From Callorhinchus milii (taxonomy: Eukaryota), in assembly GCF_018977255.1 (NCBI RefSeq), contig NW_024704750.1, positions 6,138,001 through 6,202,000 on the forward strand: 64,000 nucleotides of DNA. Direction: 5' to 3'. Positions 50,901 to 59,500 of the stretch are shown one piece after another (position 1 is the first letter of the stretch; the number at the start of each line of letters is the position of its first letter). Under the pieces are notes generated by a model that saw nothing but the letters and a program-made list of their open reading frames with translations, was not told the DNA's origin and did no database searches. The position numbers and the translations under genes were made by a program.

Positions 50901-53900
50901 GTATGATATTTGCTCCAGTCATGGAACTCAGGTACACATGAAAATTATGCATCCACATTGGGTGTAAATCTTTCATATTGTTTGGATCATTTATCACATT
51001 TTTGGCAAATAAATCTTTCCTGACTTTCAATCCTTGTTATCTTTGCAAGGTGTGCTTTAAATAAGAAATTGATATATTGTCTCTTTTGAAAATATAAGTT
51101 AATTATTTTACTGTTTACTTGTTTGGATTGCCAGCATTGTTGCATTTTAGGTTTTGTTTGTATTTTTACAGGACTGATCGGCTGAGAAAATCTTATACTG
51201 GTGCATTGTGTGGATTAGGGTGGAATCCAACAACAAACGAGGCTCTGCTGGAAGAACATGACCAGGAAGTTGTGTTTGATGTGCACTTGGATGTAAATGA
51301 CATTTCAGAGGTAGTATATAATGCTTTATTGTCCATCAAAGTAGTTTATATCGTCTTCACTTGCACTTCAGTGAAATAGTTCCTTTTTAATTCAAGGTTA
51401 AATCTTTTGCCTGCTGCATACATCCTTTTGAAAGTACATTCTATTGATAGCTTCATGCTTAGTTTAAATCCACTTCTTTAGGAACAGCTAATCATTGTGC
51501 ATTTAGTAATCATATAATTATTATGGTTTTACTTATAGAATGAAAGATACCAAGGAGTGTGTTGCAAAGTTATAATTCTGTCATGGGCTCTGGTATAGCT
51601 TCCCGCTTGTAGTTTATGAACATCAGCAGGTGAAAGAGAGTAAATGTTCTTTCCTGGATTTTGAACACAATATTTGTTTCTATGATAAAGTTTTTGAAAA
51701 CATAAATGTTAATACGACTTCTTCCTGAAGACTAAAGAAAATTAAAAACATGATTTATTCTTGCTAGGATATGGTTCCTTGCCCCAGTGACTATTCTTCA
51801 TGCATAAACCTAAACAATGAATGCTATCCTGCTCTTGCCAATATCCACGCAAGTTCACATTCCACTAGGAGCCAATGAACACCGATGGTCGAAAAATTTA
51901 AGATTCTGTTAAGTTTTGGAAAAGTATTAAATCCAGTCTTAAATGAAATTCTGCAGTCCTTAATAACTTTACTTATTACTGTTGCTTCCTGTCTAGATCA
52001 ATCTGTTACGGAGCACCATAAACAAATTAGTTTGTGATGGATATCATGGACCACCTCATTATGGAAACAATGAGAAAACCCGCAAACTACAGCATGAAGC
52101 CTCTCAGAAGTTGTTAGAGTAAGATTCCCAGTTCAATATTAATAGAAACTATAAAATATGCAAAGTTTATTACTATTTAATTTGAGGGATTCAAGTGACC
52201 AACACTTGGAGGAGCAAAGCTTGCGTACTTTTATAAGTCACAATCTTCCAAAATTACATTGGGCCCTATATTGAAATTGCATGTGCTTCACCTACAGCAG
52301 AGTTTTTTATAGAATGATTTAGAAGAGAAATATTGTTTGGTAATATGTTTCAAAGTTGCTTTTGATGATACAACACACCTCTGAACACTCTCTGAAATGT
52401 TTTTCTTCATAATCCATTTAGTTTGGTGTTCAGATTTCCCAAGCTTTGTTCACTGTCTTGAGTTTGCCATTTCTGTATTAGCTATTCAATTTTTTTACTT
52501 TGTGCCCCCACCCACACCCACACATATCTTGTAAGAGGAAAACATGTGCATTATACTGCTTGAACAATAATTGGAAGAGAATATTTTCTGTACATAATTT
52601 ATCTGGTCTGTTAGCTGACTACTGTATGTATGTTACATTGTATAGCCATAAAAACCTTATGTAGGGAAATTTACATTTGTCTGTTACAGCATATTTACTG
52701 GAAAAAAACCAAGAGAAACTATTGTTTCACAATATTTTGATAAGCCATACAAGTGGAATCAGGTAAGCATCTACATTATCTGTGTCATGGAGGTCAGCAT
52801 ATTACAACCTAAACTCCTGAAATTTAAGAAAAATTATACAATGCTAGGGCGCATCTCAGTAATGCCATCTTAGCTGGAATTAAAACGCCAGTATAGCTGT
52901 TATTTACCTGCAAAATACAGTCACTACACTTTACACTGTATACAGTGGAGTCCTGTAGCTTAGTGGTTAGAGGACTCGCCTCGCAAGCGAGAGGCCCTGG
53001 GTTTGATTACCTGAACCGTTAGGCAAACGTTGGGCAAGTTTCCTTACTCCACATGCCTCTGTTTACCCAGCAGTAAAATAGGAACCTGGTTGTTAGTTGA
53101 TTGACGGATCACTTTCCTGGGGGTAATAATCCCTTCACAAATAATAAATAAATCAATAATAATTTGGTCACTTAATCCACGACTGTTTGTGGGACACTAC
53201 TGTGTGCAATTGGCTGCCGTGTTCCACCCACAAAATATCCAGTCAATTCACTTAACAGTATATTCTTTGAAGCACTTTGTGTCTCAAAGTCGTGATAAGA
53301 TGTATATCAAATGCAAGGATTATTATTAATTTGCAATCCCGATGAGTATAGCCAGCCTTGGCTACCTTGTCGCTTGTAGCATTGAAAAGATCCAAGGCTG
53401 CTTTGCAGAAATGTGAATTTCACTTTGCTATGCATTAAAATACATGCACCTGTTTTGTCATGATAAACAACACGGCAAACTTTGGCTGCATTCTTTCAGA
53501 AAGCCTTCGGCTATAGTAGGGTTTTTGGGGGGTCTGTGCACTCTACATTTTAAATGGAAATGAAGTGCAGTTCAACATGTGAAAGTTCTGGGCTAATTAT
53601 TAAATGCTCTATTGCATGTGAAGGAAGCATACGTTTGTTGTGGGGTATCATAGTTTTTAGTGCAGTAGAAATTCATTCTACAAAACTGTCTTGCTTTGTG
53701 TAGTGCTTTTAAACAAAAAACTAATCGATTTACATGGTATTCTGGCAACAAATATACAGTCAATTCACTTTACAGTGTGTTCTGTGAAGCGCTTTGGGAC
53801 GTCCTCCCGATGTGAAAAGCGCTATATCAAATGCAAGGATTATTATTATTATTAACTAATCTGAAGTTAAAGCAATGATGTTCGAAATGTTCCCAAATCT

Positions 53901-54120
53901 GATTAAGTATTTCTTTAGTACATAATTTCTAAATTATGTGCTCTTTCAAACGTTTTTATTCTGCTGTTGATAAATACAATACCTATGAAAATCTCAAGAC
54001 AAGATTGTTTTGTGTTGTTTTCAGGTGGCTCCACAGTTTCTTTTGAACCAATCAGAGTTTGAGAAAGGAAATAAAACTAGTCTGTACCAACTGCACCGCC
54101 TAGTCCTGCTGAGTCCATGA
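14981..54120 (+). CDS. TDRD9: Tudor domain-containing 9, DExH-box ATP-dependent RNA helicase (piRNA pathway, spindle-E orthologue), 36 coding exons, about 1395 aa
   Basis: All introns GT-AG; frames join without stops (4188 nt). Exons: 14981-15171, 25599-25708, 26443-26594, 27665-27886, 28724-28846, 29828-29908, 30700-30864, 31460-31563, 31745-31794, 33026-33080, 34072-34156, 34549-34606, 35580-35684, 36392-36489, 36893-37024, 37157-37319, 37521-37584, 38166-38229, 38997-39041, 39171-39224, 39847-39963, 40150-40257, 40354-40454, 40943-41116, 42774-42891, 43399-43608, 46036-46125, 46895-47152, 48175-48357, 48469-48539, 49458-49567, 50835-50931, 51172-51310, 51997-52118, 52690-52762, 54025-54120. 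Motifs: N-terminal [10 protein letters not shown], Walker [18 protein letters not shown]|[27 protein letters not shown], Tudor CLAPF...YYRAKV...VFFVDYGN, C-terminal [10 protein letters not shown]. Confidence 0.97.
15790..15976 (+). mobile_element. L2 3' end fragment with (TTG)n tail
   Basis: GTCCAGCGCCTTGGGACGTCCTCCCGACGTGAAAGGCGCTCTATAAATGG followed by (TTG)n. Confidence 0.8.
16881..20251 (-). CDS. RD3L: RD3-like protein, 205 aa, 2 coding exons, nested antisense in TDRD9 intron 1
   Basis: Exon 20251-19953 ([14 protein letters not shown]...[11 protein letters not shown]...[11 protein letters not shown]...VLY AA|gtgagt) joins in frame to exon 17199-16881 (cag|[27 protein letters not shown]...[12 protein letters not shown]...[16 protein letters not shown]). 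[11 protein letters not shown] and IWNLP.Y match human RD3L, which is nested in TDRD9 in the same way. Confidence 0.93.
18110..19172 (-). mobile_element. L2-clade LINE 3' fragment (about 1.06 kb) in the RD3L intron
   Basis: Frameshifted ORF2 pieces ([17 protein letters not shown]; [23 protein letters not shown]; [23 protein letters not shown]) plus a (TTG)n tail. Confidence 0.92.
22404..22503 (+). mobile_element. SINE tRNA-derived head (3'-truncated)
   Basis: GGAGTCCTGTAGCTCAGTGGTTAGAGCA...GAGTTCAATTCC (A and B boxes), followed by AAACCTTGGGCAAGTTTCC. Confidence 0.85.
24295..24506 (+). mobile_element. SINE 3' half
   Basis: Same Deu-like body and tail as the full copies. Confidence 0.8.
25880..26360 (-). 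mobile_element. Old, degraded L2 fragment
   Basis: Purine-rich plus strand with residual similarity to the L2 copies at 18110 and 47355. Confidence 0.6.
28908..29597 (-). mobile_element. L2 LINE 3' fragment
   Basis: [21 protein letters not shown]...[15 protein letters not shown] plus the tail. Confidence 0.9.
32457..32815 (+). mobile_element. Full-length SINE, long form (tRNA head + CORE-like + Deu-like + L2 tail)
   Basis: A and B boxes, GCCTGTTTACCGAGCAGTATGTAGGAACCCGG segment, TTTGTGGGACACTGCTGTGCGCAATTGGCTGCCGCG, (TTA)n tail. Confidence 0.88.
33180..33475 (+). mobile_element. Old DeuSINE (SacSINE1-like): tRNA-like head + Deu domain
   Basis: TAGCTTAGTTGGTAGCAC...GGATTCAAGC head, then GGAGGTGCCATCCTTCAGATGAGATGTTAAA...GGTGGACATTAAAGAT...GTGCTGGCCA. 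Family name is from recall. Confidence 0.6.
34778..35300 (-). mobile_element. Degraded L2 3' fragment
   Basis: [23 protein letters not shown] plus a decayed tail. Confidence 0.75.
35950..36280 (+). mobile_element. L2 3' fragment followed by stacked LINE/SINE tails
   Basis: APNLWNS...[14 protein letters not shown], then a SINE-type tail and an L2-type tail in tandem. Confidence 0.8.
41575..42220. mobile_element. L2 fragment (minus) interrupted by a short-form SINE (plus, 41743-42045)
   Basis: L2-like sequence on both sides of a complete SINE. Confidence 0.82.
44063..45876 (+). mobile_element. Long-form SINE split into about 44063-44292 and 45735-45876 by a CR1 insertion
   Basis: The SINE breaks at ...CAATCCATGGCTGTTT and resumes at TTGTGGGACACTGCTG after the CR1. 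Confidence 0.82.
44296..45728 (-). mobile_element. CR1-clade LINE 3' fragment (about 1.4 kb)
   Basis: Minus-strand [14 protein letters not shown]...[20 protein letters not shown]...[21 protein letters not shown] is diagnostic of CR1 RT. CR1-type 3' UTR near 44300-44420. Confidence 0.92.
47354..48110 (-). mobile_element. L2 LINE 3' fragment
   Basis: [14 protein letters not shown]...[27 protein letters not shown] plus an intact tail. Confidence 0.92.
48620..48845 (+). mobile_element. CR1 ORF2 C-terminal fragment
   Basis: [42 protein letters not shown] is the typical CR1 C-terminus. Confidence 0.8.
48938..48990. repeat. 24-bp perfect tandem duplication
   Basis: GGAGGACTGTCGGGTGGGTATTCT twice, plus GGAGG. 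Confidence 0.9.
52947..53327 (+). mobile_element. Full-length SINE, long form
   Basis: tRNA head, CORE-like TTGGGCAAGTTTCCTTACTCCACATGCCTCTGTTTACCCAGCAGTAAAATAGG, Deu-like body, tail. Confidence 0.88.
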
Positions 54121-55199
54121 ATCTTCGTGTTAGTCAGATTGAATGTGCACCAAATGGCTCCTTGGGAGAAGAAATGGAGCTAATTTAAAAGTGAAACCAA
54201 GAATTTTTGGTTATCATTGTTTGTATTAAAGCCTTAATTTTTTTGAGCGCTCTGAGACGCAGTCCGGCGTGAAAGGAGCTATATAAATGCAAGTTGTTGT
54301 TTAATAATTGATTTTGAGAGCTATGTTTATTATCTGATGGAAGCTAACTTTATTTTTTTAGCAATTACTGGAGCTTAGAGAGTTCTAGATTGTAAACCCA
54401 TTGTCCCACCTACTGTCTCTGTTTCCTGGAGAAAATCGGAAATGGGTGTGATATCCTGTGTAGATTATTCATTTTTCGTTGCAGAAAAGGAAAGTATTGC
54501 TATTGTTTGCACACCAGTATTGAAACCTGAAGTGTAATGATTTCTTGTAAATGCAAAAAAAAAGGTTTGTTTTCGGTTTCAGAAAACAAAAATGTTGCTT
54601 CCTATTTTTTCACTTGCTAGTATTAAAAACTGTTTTGTTAATTAAAATTAATGATAATTTTGAATTGCACTAGCTTTGTGCATAAATGTTGGAAACCTAT
54701 TTTTTTTGAATCTGTGAATTGGAATTATTTGAAGTGTCTGAAAATGGGTTGTATTTCACAAGATGCAATACTAGAAATATTAAAAATCTTTTTGGTTGCA
54801 TGTGTTAAATTCATTTCTGATTTTACAATACCTCTCCATTAGCATTGGCCTCTTGGCCCAGTTGTTAAAATTGGTAGCTAATTGAGTCGGTCGGTCCATA
54901 AATGTCAGCAATGATTTTTCTTTTTGGAGAGTAAAAAAATGTTTAAGCAAAAGTACAAATTATTTTAAAAACACATTTCAGTTTATTTGCTCTTATGGAC
55001 ATGGTTTAATTCCAATCAGCAACTTCAGTGAATACATGAAGAAAAGATTGTATTGCACAGCAATATTATTGTTTATTATGTTTGACGATTTGATGTGCTC
55101 AGCATTTTGTTGCTGTACCAGAACAGATGAAAAAAATAAAAAAGACCTAACCAATGCTTCAGTTAAAAGATTAAATAATTGTATGTATTCCTTAAATTA

Positions 55200-56135
55200 G
55201 GGTCGGCGGGTTTCCATGCTGCCCACAGCACAGAAACAGCCCTGGTCAAAATGGCAAATGACATTTTGTCCATCTCTACCTTGATCTTTCTGCTGCCTTC
55301 GACACCGTCGATCACCACTCTATCCTCATCCACCTCCTCTCCTCTCACCTTAACCTTCACGGTTCTGTCGTTGACTGGTTCAGGTCATACCTTTCACACC
55401 ATGTCCACCTCATCTCAACAAACGGTTTCTCCTCTAACCCCCGCACTGTCTCATGCGACATTCTTCAGGGCTCTGTCCTTGGTCCCCTCTTCTTCAGTAT
55501 CTATATGCTCCCTCTTGGTGATATCATCTGCAGACATCGGGTCAACTTCCACATGTATGCCGATGATTCTCAATTCTACCTCTCTGCCTCGACTCCAGGA
55601 CCACTGCTGTCCTGACCGAATGTTTGTCAGACATCAAGTCCCGGATGAGAGTTAATTTTCTTCAGTTGAACATTAACCAGACTGAGGCTTTCCTGATTAG
55701 CTCCCGTCAGAGCCTCATTTCAGGCGCTGACAGCTGACTATAATTGTAAGAGAAACACCTTTGATGCCAAACATCCATGGACTTCCAGCTCTCATTTGTA
55801 TGATATTTGCTCCAGTCATGGAACTCAGGTACACATGAAAATTATGCATCCACATTGCTCCCTACCATTGTGCTCGCTCCCTCCGCTCCGGCCTGCTTCA
55901 CATCACCCGCCTTGCTCGCCCCACTATTGGCAGACGGGCCTTCTGCCACTCTGCCCCCACCCTCTGCACCTCCATCCTGCAGTCCCTCAATCTTGCCCCC
56001 TCCCTTGCCACCTTCAAGATCCTCTTCTTCAACCGTACTTTTGATCTCTGCTTTTACCCCTGCCCTCCAACCACCCCAGGTCGGATCCGAAACTGTCTGT
56101 CCAGCGCCATGGGACGTCCTCCTGATGTGAAAGTG
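55200..56135 (+). mobile_element. L2 LINE fragment with an internal deletion filled by a copy of TDRD9 exon 32
   Basis: GFHAAHSTETALVKMANDIL and CAGGGCTCTGTCCTTGGTCCCCTCT RT motifs on the left, L2 3' end on the right, foreign 121 bp at 55737-55857. Confidence 0.88.
55737..55857 (+). pseudogene. Duplicated fragment of TDRD9 exon 32 plus 29 nt of intron 32
   Basis: 120/121 identical to 50840-50960. Confidence 0.95.
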
Positions 56136-56470
56136 GCTTTACATCCCGTCCTTTTCCAGAGAGAGTGAGCAATTAGATAAACTGGGCATGTTCACACTGA
56201 GGGTCGATATGATTACTTTTAAGATTCTGAAGGGAATAGATAACGTAGATCATAATAAGCTGCTTTATTACTTCACTAAACTTTGCTGTTACATTACTTC
56301 AGTGAGCGAGTAGTAAACTTTGATTATTCACAGCAAGTGTTTCAGTTTCGTAATCATGACATGAAAATTCATTGCAGCGTTTTGCTGTGTCAGACACTCC
56401 TTCCTGCTTCTAAATTTTTAGATCTGAATGGAATTAAATTAATACTTGCTGCTTTCACTTTCAATCTTAG

Positions 56471-56477
56471 TATAAAT
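56471..56477 (+). promoter_or_regulatory. Candidate TATA box of ASPG
   Basis: TATAAAT about 100 bp upstream of the ASPG ATG; motif match only. Confidence 0.35.
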
Positions 56478-56569
56478 TCGTTCGCAGCCTTGCAGCGGCA
56501 CTTGGAGTTGTTTATCCAGCCAGATCAGCAGGATCACCAAGGTGGCGATTCATCTCTCAACTAACTAAT

Positions 56570-59500
56570 ATGTCTAGTCCCGAGCTACAGCAGCTTGCCC
56601 TTGAGCTTTCAACTGCCCAGAATGAGACTAAGAAAAAGGTCTTTGTGATCTACACTGGAGGAACAATCGGCATGAAGGAACAAGAAGATGGTAAGAAAGT
56701 TGTACTTCGGAAACAGACCCACGGATGCCGGCACAGGTTAAAGTGGATTGGAGAGATTGAGTTAAATCTGTTCTGCCCTTTGCTTTGTCTTACTGCTGCA
56801 CTTGCTCTGCTCAGAGTTCATGCTCTTCTCCCACTTATGCGCAGATGTGTCAAAATTAGTTTGCTCGCCGATAGCGATTATTGGAATTTTGCACAATTCT
56901 CAATAAATATTTAAAGAAATGAATAGGTTGGTGGCCGCTTTCTCTGTGCGATTCATTCGTTCTTCTCACTACGTATATTTTGTAACAAAATTATACAAAT
57001 GCAAGTTGTTGTTGTTGCTTCTCAACAACACTGCCGCCAAAAGCAGCCTTTGCGTCTTCCAAGGTAGACTTTTCTAACATTCTCCTGCTTGGCTGGCATC
57101 CTCACCTGCACCCTCCCACATAAACTACAATTCACCAATAACTTTTTTTTCCCCCCGTGTAAGGTTCTGAGCACACACCCATTACTGCCATTTCCTTTCC
57201 AAGATTTTCAGTATACAACAGATTATTTTTTTAATGATTGTTAATCATATCTTAAAATCTCTCTTGGTTTGGCACTTCCCTCACTGTCGCGGCCAGATTA
57301 AGGGATCTAGGGGTCCTAAGGCAGATCACATTTGGGGGTTCTTCGTTGCAAAACATGCAACAGCATCTTTTTAAAATGCTTTCTTCCATGACTTCATGGT
57401 TACAAACATGTCAACTACATGATCAAAACTTAGTGTACGCCTCAAATCATACCCAATAGACAGGATTGTGAGTGCACTCAACCTATCTTAGATCATTGTA
57501 GAGCTGAGTGAGTTTTTGATGAGACTCATCTTTGAGAGCAAGCATTCACTTTCACAGACTGTTATTTGTAGTGTTAAGACCATACAAAGAGCAAGTGCCA
57601 CACTTGGAAATGTGAAGCTAACGGTAAATGCACAGGGTGTGGCTGCCTGTGCCGATGATAGCAGAACAGACAGGATTGTGAGTGCCTTTGATTTCAGCGT
57701 GCAGTGTAAAACCACTCAGGGCACTCCATTCCTGTACAGCTGCCAACTAACTGCAACATCCTGCTCTCTAGGAATAATCAAATGAATATTGTTGTCAATT
57801 AAACTCAATAAAATAACTTATAAGCTTTGAAATTAGATGTATTTTTGTTGCAAATTCGGATGACTAACCGCTTGAGTGCCAAAGTTTTAGCAAAACAGTA
57901 TTATGGAAGAGCAATTTCCTTGTGGTAAATTTAGAAAATACTGCTGGCGAATGTCTTAGGGGCAGATGGAGATTTTCCAAGTACGCAAGACTGTTTGGCA
58001 TGTGGTTTTCAGTGGAGTTGCTTCTAGATGCAAACTGCAAATATGAACTATATTGCATTTCTGTTAATTCAACATTGTTTTTTGATGAATTGCCCCAAGA
58101 AGAATATGTTGGATTCAAATGTATGACCAATCGTGGAACTAACCACTCCGTTGAAGCCTGGGATAAAAGGTGTAATAATAATAATAATAATCCTTGCATT
58201 TGATATAGCGCTTTTCACGTCGGGAGGACGTCCCAAAGCGCTTCACAGAACACAATGTAAAGTGAATTGACTATATTTGTGGGCGAACGCGGCAGCCAAT
58301 TGCGCACAGCAATGCCCCACAAACAGTCTTAGATTGAAAATGACCAATTTATTATTGTTTGGGGTTTTTGGAGGGATTATTATTAGGCGTGTGGAGTAAG
58401 GAAACTTGCCCAAGGTTTCGCCCTGTGCCTGGAATTGAACGCCGGTCTCTCGCTTGCAAAGCGAGCGCTCTAACCACTGAGCTACAGGACTCCAAAAGTA
58501 TTCCTATTCCACGTGTAGCAGAAAGACCACCAATTCTGCTTGCCCGAAATTTTGAATTAGAAACATATTAACAGAGGAACCAAGGTCACTCGTATTTTGT
58601 AAAGGGTTTACTTAATAAGGCAGAAAGTCATATAATTTTGCATTGGTTCTTTAAGCATAATAATAATAATCCTTGCATTTGATATAGCGCTTTTCACGTC
58701 TTCTAGACGTCCCAAAGCGCTTAGTCACATTAGGCAGGGTAATGATAAGACAATAGCGGCTGTTATGCTCACATATAGCAACATCACTGTAAGGATAATA
58801 TCAAACTTCATAATCAGTAGGCAAACTTTTCTTGGGTCTCGTTTCTGTCTCTGGAACGCTGATAATAATGGCCGTTGAATCAAAGAACAGAAGTTCAATC
58901 TCTACAAGTTGTATTCTCGTATCTTTGCAGTCTGTTCTTCACTTTTGCTTTTTTCTGATGTTGATGGAATTGCTGGAACCCTTGACCAGTCGAGGTTGAG
59001 TGGCTGGAGTCGCAGGGTGAGGGAAGAAAAAGATGTAGTCGCTCTCACCAGTTCGGACCGAATACCAGGAATGACCAGCTCTGACTGAACGAAGTGTAGT
59101 TTGGCTTGTAGCATTATCCTTTTTTGTTCTAACACCAAGATGGTCCGTGTGAATTTGCACGTTCTCACCCGCTTAATAGTTGCTTAAGCAGGCTATGACT
59201 GCCCTTGGTTGTGCGTACTCTTGAGCTGCTTCCGATTAAAACAATGCAGCACTGTTCAATAATTAGCAAGAGCTGCAGCTGTGGTAAACACACTTCTGAA
59301 CCAATTTAACTCTTCAAGGCACAACATACTGACATTTTCCCAAAACATTTTGTGTAGAAAACCCAACTACCCTGTAACATAACAACTTTTAAGAGAGTTA
59401 AAAGTAGAGTAGAGTTGATGTAGAGTTCTACAATTCAGTTGAATTTAATTAGGACCATACTCCGTACCCCTCTCTCACCATTCTGGCCAGGATAATAATA

